Shown piece after piece: positions 26,355-38,809 of a stretch of DNA of 63,981 nucleotides. The translations under genes and the position numbers were made by a program. Position 1 is the first letter of the stretch; each line of letters begins with the position of its first letter. The stretch comes from Albugo candida (taxonomy: Eukaryota). Location: the NCBI GenBank assembly GCA_040437565.1, contig JBDOQK010000018.1:248001-311981 (forward strand). Direction: 5' to 3'. The notes below the pieces were generated by a model. It ran no database searches and was not told where the DNA came from. It saw only the letters and a list, made by a program, of their open reading frames with translations.

Positions 26355-26677
26355 GACGATCGGTAGAAAAGAGATACGTAGGTGATAGTTGCAACAGATC
26401 GCATTCGCTCATCGCGTAAAATCGAAAGTCGAAAAGACGGTTAGGTATCAAATCCAATAAAACAATTTGCGCCTCCACCTCACTGAGAAGATATGCGATC
26501 TCGTGATTGCTATGGCAATTGACCTTGGTAGAAGGATAGGAGATTGTACTCACTAAATCTCTTAACCACACATGTTTTTGAAACGTGTCGAATTGGAATT
26601 AATATAAAGAATAGATGGCATCGTCTTGCAGACATTGTGCTTGTCGTGACGTTATAAAAGCCGCTTTTTGGAGTGTA

Positions 26678-26986
26678 CTATTTGGCATCTGTCTCTAATT
26701 TCTTACATTCTCTAATTTTTAGAAAATCTGAGTATGTTGTTTTGTCACGTACGAGAGTTTGCGCTGTAGCTGGTTTTAGTTCGGTGATTATACTGCTCGG
26801 AAACCCTGCCTGTAATAGTTGTTGGCGCGCTTGAACTGTGATCATAAATGGAATACAAATAGATTTTTCTGTGCTCTTTCGACCGTACCAGATCCGTTCC
26901 ATCCATTTGGAGCCTTCGTACTGCCATTTATTGTAGTAATGATGACTGAGTTGGTGCCATCGATGTAGTCGTTGTTGGAGGCGCAT
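26678..26986 (-). CDS. Small hypothetical protein (102 aa) with an IPFMIT..RQQL..GF..I..LKP..A motif
   Basis: ATG at 26986 (MRLQQRLHRW...), open to the stop at 26678. Basic N-terminus; the true start is uncertain because an assembly gap lies just upstream. Confidence 0.55.
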   Translation of the reverse strand: MRLQQRLHRWHQLSHHYYNKWQYEGSKWMERIWYGRKSTEKSICIPFMITVQARQQLLQAGFPSSIITELKPATAQTLVRDKTTYSDFLKIRECKKLETDAK

Positions 26987-29908
26987 TTTGCAGCGATTAA
27001 GTACGCCTTTACTGTAGCCTATGTTCGCTTTTAACAGTAGCACAAGCTGCTTACATTTGATTGTTGGAAAGCTGTGAATCTTGTTCGATTNNNNNNNNNN
27101 NNNNNNNNNNNNNNNNNNNNNNNNNNNNNNNNNNNNNNNNNNNNNNNNNNNNNNNNNNNNNNNNNNNNNNNNNNNNNNNNNNNNNNNNNNCATTTGATTG
27201 TTGGAAAGCTGTGAATCTTGTTCGATTATTTTCCTATGACGATCTTGATATACTTATGATGAATACGTGTATATAATTCTCTTATGATCGGAGCATGGTC
27301 TTTCACAAATCAACGGCATACTCAAATCAAGTATACTACGTTGACGTGTGTCAATCCTACTTGAGTATCTAAATTGGAGAGAAGATAATTCATAGAGTAT
27401 TGAATTAAAAAAGTGAAGTCAATTGTTGATGGTTCATGTACCGGCTAAATGAAGGAAGCATTGCGACGAGGTTCCACAACGCTGTGATGTTCAAGGCGTC
27501 CGGCTATTTGGACACTTTCGTTAGGTCAATGTGAGGTAGGAGTATTAGCGTATCCTGGATAGAATCTTAGCCTTGTCCCTCTCTTGTATAGTTTCTTCAG
27601 CAACGCTTTCATTCCCTGTTTTCTGTAATACTCAGTAACTTGTAGGAGGGGGAAATTATTCCTGTTGATAGCATTTTTTCTGTACGTGTCATTTCCTGCT
27701 CAATTTACAGAACTAATTAGAAACCTGCAAAATGGTTGGACTCGGGTACATTGATGAGTGCAACCCAATGCGGTTTGAAGTCGAGTTGGTTTGTGGACGT
27801 CCGAGTAAATTTGCAGGTACATTTTGTGAAGAGCGCGTGATTATTCACATCCTCAACTAAGCGGCTATCTTGCACCCTTCCCATGATATGCTATCACTGG
27901 GATAATCGCCTTGCGAGACCTCGTTTAAGAACTCTATACTCTGCTTTTTTTACAGTGCTCCCGCGTTGGTGTGCCTCTCGGCGTCGCTCGAGTATCGGTA
28001 AGAGAATGAGAGAAGTGGCTTGTTCGCAGGGCCACGTGATCATGAAGATGAATTTCTCTGCGAGCTCGATAACGGACTCAATATTGTCGCTTTGATGTCT
28101 GTCTTTCCATCAGCTTGATAGCTCAAAGGAGAAATTAGGGACTTGTAAGTTCCCAACTGATAAGCGTAGTCCTTGAAATAGCAGTCAATACTGCATTAGT
28201 CTGCGAGCTAGATTAGCTGGATGAAGTGCTTTAAACCATTGACGATAACGAAAAGTTACCTTCTCTAAGTCTCAACCAGCAACGTATGTATGCTGAGCAT
28301 CCTATTTTACTTTGTGACGAAGATGATGTCCGTTCCACACCTTGCTACAAAGGTTTTCGACCAGGTATATAATATAGGTCTCAAAATATATCATAGTAAA
28401 GCCGCAAAGACTGCACCACTACAAGGTGTCCTCAAGATATTGGGTGCTTCTTCACAACGTTAGTAGGAACTGCGATTAGGAGCAACAGTCAAGTCCGTTA
28501 TAAGATACGCTCATCTTTAGATCGTAAATAGCGATTCGTCGTCAGCATCTACGACGGCAGGGTGTTCTGATGTAGCTAGTTAGGATACTACATATCCTGA
28601 TTAGAGTATTTATGCTATGATCTGATCATCCATGTACGATATTATCATTGCCGTTCGAATACCTTAAGCAAAGATGAGATATCTAGCACAAACAATGCAG
28701 GTACCACCTGAAAGTAATCAGATATATGGCAGCGACCACTGCATCAAAGCACATACAAAAAGAATTTTGTATAGTCTTGGAGCTGAGATAAACAGTCTCT
28801 ACCGATGGTTTAATACGATAGCTCACTCGTTTGATCGCTTAGAATAGGCGTGCAGCTTTGTGACGACCTAATTCCGTCGTTACTCCTCAGAGCTGCGTAT
28901 ACACCTGATATCCCAGTTTGACAGTTTAGTAATCTATCATTCTTTCGACATTACCTAATTCTTCACCGTGATCATCATTGCACTGGTCAAATAAACAATG
29001 ATTTGCTGTGCCCATCCAGGATTCTTGTATTTGCAATTGACGACACTCCCTTTATCATCGCGTGTGCCGACCCAGCTCTTTCTTTTTTCCATTTTATTCC
29101 TACCTTTTGACGCTTAGCATCAATTAGGTAGCATCTGAAAACCCTGGCATATTGGCTGGCTACCGGGGTATCTGAGTCTATAATGTACCCTTGCCATGCC
29201 CTCCTTTCTCGCATATCATGCTACACATTCTCAAAGCTATTTCATATGCTTTCGTTGTTAATGATCTAGATAGGTCGTAGTTTCGTTGGGACTTGGGTTG
29301 GGAAGTCGCCATTATTAACGTGGTGGATGTTGCTCGTGTATCAGTTGATTAATTCTATATTTATTTTGGACAATGTCTAGCAATATCGTTCTCGTGCAAA
29401 CACGTATCATGTAAATCTTTTTGTTCCTATCTCCTGACACAGCTAGTGATGATACTCCCATCTTCTTTGATTTATAGAATCTTCCAAGAATGATAATTCC
29501 GGTACAAAAAATGATTATATTGAGGCGGACCAGTAATTACGGGCAATGGAAGTGCGAACTGAATGTATGCTTTATGCTCAATTGCGTCGCATTGAAAACT
29601 TCATACTTTCATACAAGTGCAAACGTGAAAGAGGAATAACTTTATGTGTCGACTGGTTATACCTATTCGCATGTACATTTTGGTCGTGATATCAGTATTC
29701 ATCATTCAAAAACATGGTATCTTATTGGAATTCAACACCTGTAAAGATCTCTACATCATTCTATCACGATAACATGCGTCGATATATGGATGAAAATGCC
29801 TGATATATTGGGATTCTAATGGTCTGAATTTTACACCAATAAGACCTCTGGCAAGCTAATAATACGCGAGTTTATGTACACAGGTCGCACCTGGATGACA
29901 GCATCGAA

Positions 29909-32900
29909 ATGCTCGGAGAACAAAGAAATGTTTCCGAGATAGAATGTCTTCTCGACTTTATTGTCGAAACTATTTCGGCCATGCAAGAAAACGCGCAAAT
30001 TGAAAGTCATGGGGTAGAAGCTTTGGTGGAAAAAGCTCATGCGATGGTGGGCAGTACGGACGTCAATGATCTCGGCCCTGCCACGAAAGCATCAACGACT
30101 AGAATAGAAGAAGTTGAAAGATCAGATCCGTGTGGTGCTAACTTGCATACCGTGTCGTCAAAATCTGACGAACAGAACCTAATAGCGAAAGTAAAGTACA
30201 TGTAAGTTACTGCAATTGGAACAGCGCTTCTTTTCTGATGCATCGATGCGACTTCTTGTCATGCACTTGTGACCTACTTTTAGTACAAAATATGACAATG
30301 TGTACATTCTCGAATCTGGTGAAATCGTTGCACTTCCACCATTTTGGACTGTCCATGAGAGCAAATCGCGTAATGGGCTGAAGTACTACGCATCTAAAAC
30401 AGGGCACACACAGTGGCATCGACCACCCGTAAAAACAGGTGTCAAGTGGTTAGACAAGATCACGGAATTTTTCATACTGAAAGATTATTGCTCATACAGG
30501 GATAAACTATCAGTTTGAACTCGAAATTGAAGTAACGCTTAATACTGAACAGCTCGGATTAAACCTCAAGCAAGTTTCTAGCGAACCAGGATGCGTTTTC
30601 ACAGATATTCCAGTTTTTGTGGCGGAGATCTACAAGGTATGAAGTTGTCACTACTATATTTCGTCATGTTGACGAAACCCACAAATAGTTTCCGAGTGGC
30701 ATGGCTAGCTGCGCCGAGTTGTACAATTGGAGTGTCAAAGCAGATAAGTACGTACAAAATCACACTGATTAAAGACTTAGTGATCTGTAGGCGAATTCGT
30801 GTTGGAATGAGGCTCACTGCAATTGATGGATTCTCGCTAGTTGGGTTTTCATTTACAGAAGTCATCGAGAGGTTGCGACATGCCCCACGCCCTCTGCGGA
30901 TTAGGTTCGCAGACATCACCACAGGTGTAAAGGTCAGTACTGAGTTTGAACCGATAACATCATGATTGTGGCTCAATCAGTTGTTTAGGGTCGAAGCAAA
31001 GAGAATACTATTATAGCAGAAAGTTCAATTGAAAAAACGAAAAATGAGACTATTGGGAAGCAGAACCTCGTAAAGTCATGGTACTTGAAGATCATGATCA
31101 TGCTTGAGTTGAAATTGGAGATTTGGAAAATACAGGAAGAGTATATACAGCAAATGCAACGAATTACAGCGTACAAGCATAGAGACCTACTCATAGGGGC
31201 CCATTCGGAAAAAGTCAACGCAGAACGACTTAGAGGCGAATTGAGGGACCTAGATACCGAAACAAGTCTGCTGCAGGATCAAATCTCGAATTTATCTCGG
31301 CAAGCTGAAGGAGTGGTGGAGTCAGAAGAATTGACTAGATGGATTCTTTTGAGGGAGAAAAACGAAATTCTGGAAAGGGAAGTCTGGTCTGGTCTAGACG
31401 AAATCACATACCACAAAGAAGAACATAAAATGTTGCATGAACGCTTCCAACATATGGAGTTGGAAGTCGCAGCACTCAAAGGGAAAGGTTCCAATCATGA
31501 GCTACCTGTTAGTCAAAGAATTGCAGAAATCGGTGAAGAAGGTTATACAAAAGACATTTTCGAAATTTCCGGATGCTCTAGTACTCAAATTGAAGAGAAT
31601 ATCAAGCTTACGCAAAGCAGCTGTGAGAAGGAGCAAGAAAAAGCGAATTTAATCCGAGCCGAGATAAAAGAACTGAAGCAGAAACTAGTCGATGTAGATG
31701 CCATCGATCATCATGGAGTGCGATATTCTGCATTAAACGCGGCTGAGTCGAGAACAAGAAACACAGAAATGACATTGGTAAGCTCATTTATTATCCACGT
31801 TATCACATCTGACTCAAGTCGGGGTGCAATTGGATTAGTGCTTGTTGATGAAGACAATCGGGGAGACATCGCCAAGTCTAATCAACGATACAGACCTATC
31901 TCTCGCCACCCCAGAGCTTCCCGAAGATGAAGCTGTCTCACTTACCGAATCAAGAACACATCAAAGAGGAATGTCATCACCATTTATACCGCTTTCAGCA
32001 TTATGGAATGACGTTCATGGTAACGACCAAACGGATAAAGTCATCGAAAATGAAGTGTGGGATTCTGTTCATCGCAGTTCGATTCATGGTCACGATAAGG
32101 ACGACAAAAGTGCCCTCATGAGCACATGCAGACAATCCTCAGTACCTGTAGTAAGAAAAACGTCAGAACGACGACAAAATACTGTAAGGATGGTTTTATA
32201 TTTTATCAATCCCCACTTGACCAAAGAAATTTTTCGGCAGGATGTGGAAGGACTCGAAATCGCACGAATGAGTGACGAAGCAATCAAAAAGCATGAGCAT
32301 GATCACGAGCATGATCAGATCAGAGAGGTACAAAGCACATCAGATCCACTTTGTCTGGAACCAAATATAGCGAATCTTGGAAGTAAGGAAAGCTTAATGG
32401 TGAATCTCATTGACTGCAATGAAACCAAGTCCGCGTTCGACGCTAAGGAAAGCAAGTCTTCACACTTTGTTGCTCGTCCAATGATTCATGCACAGGATTC
32501 CGTCGGAAGTATACTTTCTGACTTGGTAAGCACTCATCATTGAATTTATCATGAGCTCATGTGCCCGATAGCAACAGAAGACGCGAGAGCAACCACTCAT
32601 CTCTTATTATTCAAAAGAAACTGGAGCTTTAGACGCCTACCAAATTGACTCTGATGAAAAAGCACAAAACCATCAGGAAAATTTGGAAGAGAAAAACATC
32701 GAGCTTGCAATTGAGCTGACCGGGCCAGTACCGACGAGGCAACGAATTGCTTGCGATCAATCGCGCAACCATGTTAAGCGAGTAAAATCTCACCCTGAGG
32801 GTTCTTCATCGAACGTCAAAATTTCAAACAGGTGCGGTATTTTGCAGAAACAGCGAACCCTTTATCAGGATAAGGGTGTTTTCAAAAAGATATCGCTGAG

Positions 32901-33246
32901 AGGGGCTCTTGAGCGCTGGTGCAAGATTGATCGCTCGGGTGTATTGCTATACTACAAACGTGAAGGAGACAGAAATCCTCGTGGCCGGATTGAGCTCAGT
33001 GATCCAACTGTGGAAGTTACGTACGAGGAAATGAATCCGACCTCATTAAATTTTACAATATCGACGACTTCAAAGCAAGTACGATTTTTGACCAGAGATA
33101 GAGCTGATTTGATAGGATGGGTTGAAGCATTACAAACGACGTTGAGTTATTTTTCTCACATCCGATCGTCAATTTTAAGCCCTGAAGCTCTGGATCACAC
33201 CGACACGGTAGATTCTGAGAATTTGAGAGCGACACTCGGATTTTAA
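29909..33246 (+). CDS. WW + PDZ + coiled-coil + PH domain scaffold protein, multi-exon
   Basis: WW: LPPFWTVHESKSRNGLKYYASKTGHTQWHRP. PDZ: QLGLNLK...IRVGMRLTAIDG..FTEVIERLRHAPRPLRIRF. Heptad-rich 31.1-31.8 kb. PH: CGILQK..ERWCKI..LLYYK..PRGRIEL..LIGWVEALQ. Exon boundaries are only approximately resolved. Confidence 0.8.
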
Positions 33247-34129
33247 TGTGCTATGGTTGCATTCCCTATCGTTCACTAACGGATCAAGGGTTTCAATCGC
33301 TGATTATTTTTGCGCAGGCGGCTTCTTGTGAAGTATACTAAACCATCCTTGTTAATCTACTAAGAACCTTCTTTGTGAAATGTGACGTGACCGCTCAATA
33401 TCCGCAAAGCTTTGTGTTTTGCAACTATACCGCTGTATTTACAACCAGAACTTTCTTCTTGTGTGTAAGGGACAAAATATCACTGGTTGGACCGAAGCCA
33501 AGCGATATTGTCGTTATACTATACGAAGCTAAGACCTCAGAAGTAGTCGCTGAATAGGGCCATTCCCAATGCATCAAGGCTCATAAGCAGGTCTGACAAA
33601 AAATTGAAGCCCAGAGACCAGGTTGCCAGCTAGAAAGCGCTCTAAACCGAACTCTGTGTGTTCATGCCCTCAGGTATTTGGATGATGCAAAGGCGCTGCA
33701 GCATGCATTTATATGTGAGAACACATTATACTCTAATTGAGACCTAACAACTCAACTTTGATTCGATACCAATCTCGTGTCATTGCAATATCTGTCTGAG
33801 TATGGTTATACTACATTACAAGCATTCATAGCGCTGGATTGCACTGGAATTTCCCAGTAATATTCAGAAAATTCAAAGCGCCACTTTTGATCAAATCTTA
33901 TTTTACGTCGGATTAGGTCTCTGAGCAACCGAAATTTGGTCCACTATGCTGTGTCCCTACCTGTTGATGATGAATGAGCACGCTAATAAAACTGAAATTG
34001 CTCCTATTGCTGTACTAATTTATGGTAGAAACCTTTTCGACGAAGTAGTTGTCTAGCCGTTACAGATCTTGTGATTTTAGAAAATGTTTTATCACAATAA
34101 GATTGAGCAGCAGAGCTCACCCGACGAAA

Positions 34130-35992
34130 CTAGTCGAGCTCATACAAAAGTGAAGTACGCAACTGAATTCTCAGTGGCTCCTGTTCTGGAATCTTCGGCG
34201 CTTGAAGGATTGTTCCCGTGTCTTCATCATGTGATATTAATTTATGAAGTACGAGTGCTGCATTTTCTGTTGCAGTATCAATTTCCCATGATCCGATTTT
34301 GTAAGGCACAATTTGTGTGTTAAATTCCAATTGATACATTTCTGAGGTTGAGGCTGAGGCGACATCTGATGATTGCGCATCGCTCTTCGTTTTACATTTA
34401 AAGTCCACTCGCAGACTCTTATCAAGACGATGCACTCGGATAGAGTCTGCTTCGATCAGTGGAACATGAATGAATATAGTCAATTCGGTAGCCGTCTCGT
34501 GAGTGGTGTACAGCGGAGCGTTAGCATGCTCCTCTACCATGACGGAATGATTTGATACAAGCGGGCGGTCTATCTCAGAGTGGCCCTCAGAGTCCCCGAT
34601 TGATGTGTCTGTCTTTTGATAAATCGGGTCATTTGATACCATCAAAGCTGTTTCTCGGACAGGAATAAATGCATCGAACTCAACGCTTTTCGTTCTCGGT
34701 TTTGCCTTACTCGTAGATGATTTCTCAGCGCTTCGTTCCACATGTTCATATAGATGACCCGATAAGTCGGGATGCTCCTGCGGGTCTTCTGTTGCCTCTC
34801 GAACTTCAAAAGGGACTATGGGTCGTTGCGGGGTTTGAACGGGCAATGTTATCACCAGTTCTCTTGTGCTCTGGTTGAAACGAGCGAATCCTTCATCTTT
34901 CAGAATAGGAAAAGGGAGGTCGACTTTTAATGTGTCAAACTCGTCTGAATGTATGATTTGTACTTCTTTCTCTGAAACTTCTAATATGATACCGTTGGAA
35001 TTCTCACGTGACGGAAAGGGGATCTTGACTATGATTTCTTTCGGTCTTTTGAGATCTTTGGCATTGCCGTAACACATCATATGGTCCATCCAATCATGCT
35101 CACCACGATAAATGAGCTCATACTGCATTTCTTTCCTCGTTCGTGACGTATTGATTTTTGCTGGCGTATTTGATATAGTCGTAAGCCCAGAAAGCGCCTC
35201 ATTGTCAGAATATGTTTCTGGAGTTTCGAGTGGAGGCTGAAATTGGCTGCTGTGATCTTTCGGTAGGCACATGCGTATTGGTTCTCCAGACTTGTAGCAC
35301 ACTCCTTTCAGAATGCGATAGTTCTTATCCACGTTTGATGTACCGGTATCACAACCCTGATATTGCTTTCGAGTCGCTTCAATGGCGGTATCAATAAGCA
35401 TTTTACGAAAAATTTCTTGCTTTCTGCTATTTTCAATTGTTCTCGGATGATACACGACATCGAAAGTAGATGTCGGATGACCATAATGATCTTTTTCCTT
35501 GCGCTCGGGACCAATGCTATAAGGTAAATGCCAATTTGTTCCTTTGGATGCTCCTGCTGAGGTCTCCATTGTACTTGATGGAGCTTTAATTTTTTCATGC
35601 ATGCATACGTTGATAAATATCTTCCCGGTGGGTTCGTTCTCCTCCTCGCAACTGTACTTTGTTTTGATAACGAAAACAGGAATGGGAGTAATGAGAATTT
35701 TATCTTTTGGCACTTTGTTCTCGGCTTCTAATTGTTTCAAGTACGCTTCTGTTTCAGCGCGATTATTAGGGTCTGAAATCTCTTGCATGTACTCATCAAG
35801 CAGAGCGCGGAACTCCGGTTTTCTTAACGCGGACAGGAACGACTGCTGTTCTTCCGCTGTCATTGCATCATTGTGAGATCTTTTGTCATCATTCTCGCAT
35901 TTGAACTTTTTCTCCAAATTGACGGTATTGTGAATGGAGCTACCTTTTTGCCACTCGTACTTATTCTCACTCATTTGTGCCGTTTGGATCAT
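34130..35992 (-). CDS. DNAAF2: Kintoun/PF13 (dynein axonemal assembly factor 2), PIH1-domain protein, intronless
   Basis: PEFRALLDEYMQEISDPNNRAE.EAYLKQLE, PVFVIKT, KIFINVC, WHLPYSIG, FDVVYHP, PIH1-CS region ARFNQSTRELVITLPV and a C-terminal LLYELD. First ATG at 35992. Confidence 0.9.
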   Translation of the reverse strand: MIQTAQMSENKYEWQKGSSIHNTVNLEKKFKCENDDKRSHNDAMTAEEQQSFLSALRKPEFRALLDEYMQEISDPNNRAETEAYLKQLEAENKVPKDKILITPIPVFVIKTKYSCEEENEPTGKIFINVCMHEKIKAPSSTMETSAGASKGTNWHLPYSIGPERKEKDHYGHPTSTFDVVYHPRTIENSRKQEIFRKMLIDTAIEATRKQYQGCDTGTSNVDKNYRILKGVCYKSGEPIRMCLPKDHSSQFQPPLETPETYSDNEALSGLTTISNTPAKINTSRTRKEMQYELIYRGEHDWMDHMMCYGNAKDLKRPKEIIVKIPFPSRENSNGIILEVSEKEVQIIHSDEFDTLKVDLPFPILKDEGFARFNQSTRELVITLPVQTPQRPIVPFEVREATEDPQEHPDLSGHLYEHVERSAEKSSTSKAKPRTKSVEFDAFIPVRETALMVSNDPIYQKTDTSIGDSEGHSEIDRPLVSNHSVMVEEHANAPLYTTHETATELTIFIHVPLIEADSIRVHRLDKSLRVDFKCKTKSDAQSSDVASASTSEMYQLEFNTQIVPYKIGSWEIDTATENAALVLHKLISHDEDTGTILQAPKIPEQEPLRIQLRTSLLYELD

Positions 35993-37397
35993 TTTGGCGG
36001 ACGATCGCTTTGTCTGATGATTACAGTATCGCCGTATTTCAACCAATCATTTTATATCATCTTGAGAACAAGCTAAAGCACAGTTGGAGCCGTCTTCGAA
36101 AGCGAAGTAGTCTAGTTAGTCGGTGCACTATAGATAGTTGGTGAATTTCTCTTACTTTTATTTGCTTCAATGTGTATCTCCTAACGTATTTTCTGTAGTG
36201 CAAAATTGACATATGCGAGCGTCGCATAGCAGCGGCGACCAGGCAGATTTTAGGCCAATTTTCCGTGTAGGAAGAGATGAAGTATGACAGACGTGTGTAC
36301 AGGTCTATCCCTATAAAGTTCAGCGTGTCGTCACTTTGGATTGAGAAGCAAGCTTATGGCATGATAGCTGATAAAACGAGTCTGAGTGTCGTTAGCGGCT
36401 CAAATAATAGTGTGTTCTGACTTTTCCGCTCAACGTATGTGTGCTCTTTGATCATTCAGGAATGCAGTAGAGCGTTCAAGAGCGAGATAGATTCGCCAGA
36501 GCATTGATGAAGATGTGTGGATGGCATATCGAGGCTCCGTTACACCGTCCACAAAGCATCTACCAAACATCGGAATACCAGCATTGTGGCCACATCCACA
36601 GCGAACTGACTCGGTTCCGATGCTTTATAATGCGCATCAGTGATTCTTTCCGGAGTTTGTTAAAGTTGAAATCATGGTTAATGAAAAGGAGGCTGTACGT
36701 TTTTCCGTCCTGCATCTGCACCAACATTCGACGGTGTTGTCACTTCTGAGTGAGACGCTAACGGGAAGCTGAAACGAGCGAATCCTAAATGCAGAATGTA
36801 GAGGAGCGTCCGGTACTGTTCACAAAGTCGATCGGGTACTGGATATCATAATGTGCCTCAAGACCAACATGGTCGGTTGTATCATGTATAGCGCATTCGA
36901 TGGTTGAGGGAAATTATGCGACAAAATTTGTTAGTTGCAGCAGACTCTCGTTTGAGGACAACGACATCATACAATGCTGTACTCGTTATTCCTACTACAC
37001 CCACGGCCACCCTGGTTCTCCAATTTCGACCTTTTAAGCACGTCCTCGTCCGTACCCTCTTGATGCTAATCCACCGCGAGCTCTCGTACGTCTTCCTATG
37101 ACCGCCTGTCAATCTACAATCATCAAAATTTTAGTGCCCGCAGCTCAAAGCGTCGTAATCTCTTAAGTAAGGCCTTCATTCTAGACGAAGCGCAGGTTTT
37201 GGTAAAAAACAATCCACACGACGCTGAAGTTGACCTTCAGTGATTGCAGCAACGACATGCTGCTTCACAGAGTGTGATACCGGCCAGTCTCTATTCGTCG
37301 TACTTATCCTATTCTCACGACGTTCTTACCCAAATCTAGCTCGACGCAAATCTAGGATTCTCCCGTCATAACTTGCTTCTCCATCCTCATTGAATCC

Positions 37398-38294
37398 ATG
37401 CCCTTCTTCTCCACGTCGTCCGCGAAGGGACTGACGCAGTCTCAAATTCATTTCTTCCATAAGAACGGGTACCTTCACCTTTCTAACGAGCTGTCTGTCA
37501 ATACTTGTCGCAGTCTACGACAACGTGCCATGCATCATGTCGAGCAATTCCAGCAAATTGCATCTACGTCGCCGACGAATGAATCGACACAAAATTTGGC
37601 GGATCGTGCTTTTTTGAGTTCGAGTGATCGAATACACTGTTTCTACGAAAAAGAAGCTTTAGATCAAGATGGGAAGCTACTCGTACCCCCACACAACGCG
37701 ATCAGTAAAATCGGGCACAATTTACACAATCTAGACGTCTTATTTCAGCGCATCAGTTACTCCAACCGCGTCCAGGAAATCCTGAAAAGCCTCGAATATC
37801 GCCGCCCTGTAGCCATTCAGTCTATGTTTCTCTTCAAGCAGCCTCACATTGGTGATGCAGTTAATCCGCATCAAGATGGTTCCTTCCTGGCGACCAATCC
37901 GCAATCTGTTATAGGCTTTTGGTGGGCCTTGCAAGATTGCACCGTGGAGAACGGTTGTCTTTGGGGTCTTTCTGGATCACATCGATCTATTCCAATTCAG
38001 CAGCGCTTCCGAAGGACAACCCAATCCGAATTTGAGACAACGGGCAAGATGGTTACTTTTGATTCGCAACGTCCGATATCAGTAACATGCGATGTTCCCA
38101 TTTTAGCAAAAGCTGGTGATGCTGTGCTTTTACACAATGCCTTTGTACACAGCAGCGAGCAGAACAAGTCTGAGCGCTCAAGGCACGCTTTTACCTTGCA
38201 CGTAATCGAAACGAAAGATACAACATATGAAGCGGAAAATTGGTTGCAGCCCGAAAAGGGAATAAATTCTCTGCCAGTAATGTATTCAACGTGA
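37398..38294 (+). CDS. PHYHD1: Phytanoyl-CoA dioxygenase domain-containing protein (Fe(II)/2-oxoglutarate dioxygenase)
   Basis: QSMFLFKQPHIGDAVNPHQD (HxD), ENGCLW, distal VHSS..N.S.RSRHAFTLH, NWLQ. Confidence 0.92.
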   Translation: MPFFSTSSAKGLTQSQIHFFHKNGYLHLSNELSVNTCRSLRQRAMHHVEQFQQIASTSPTNESTQNLADRAFLSSSDRIHCFYEKEALDQDGKLLVPPHNAISKIGHNLHNLDVLFQRISYSNRVQEILKSLEYRRPVAIQSMFLFKQPHIGDAVNPHQDGSFLATNPQSVIGFWWALQDCTVENGCLWGLSGSHRSIPIQQRFRRTTQSEFETTGKMVTFDSQRPISVTCDVPILAKAGDAVLLHNAFVHSSEQNKSERSRHAFTLHVIETKDTTYEAENWLQPEKGINSLPVMYST

Positions 38295-38809
38295 GCTTTG
38301 GCGTAGCAAGTCATGGTAGATGCTTTGTTGTCAAAATACATTGTCGGGTTGTTCCCGGTTAATCAAATTATATGTATGCATGGTAGAAAAAGCTAGGTCC
38401 CACACAGGCACGTATTCGCATATGCGGTTCAACACTGCTCTCAGGAAATTGTGGCGTAATGGTGAATCGCTCAAATCATCATCCACGCACCATCAAAATT
38501 GATCAGCCTTAATGCCTGCAAAAGACGAAAGAACCTAGCCGTAAAGAGTCATAGCAAACAAGCTCGTGCGGTCTCCTATCATCGCGAGCTACGAAAGTGT
38601 GACGGCGATTGTTCCGCCATTGCTTAGCAAAATATGACATTGAAACCCCAATGCAATGATAGTGTGTGCAGCGCTGATCTAAAGGCGACTGTTGCAAACC
38701 TTCCGGATGTCCTGACTCCGTAGACCGTCATATCGCAACCTCAGTGACATATACCATCGGTTGATAATGGCGGTTGAATGGAAACCATTCGGAAATGCAT
38801 CATACTGTA

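Noticed and set aside
27400-29400. Two kb without long ORFs, including a CSMICEKGGH zinc-knuckle-like fragment on the minus strand
   Set aside because: The motif is incomplete and no terminal repeats or other TE domains were recognised; left unannotated.
36880-37200. Minus-strand GGHRKTYES...RVRT resembling a Gypsy integrase zinc-finger remnant
   Set aside because: Too short and decayed to call without a database search.
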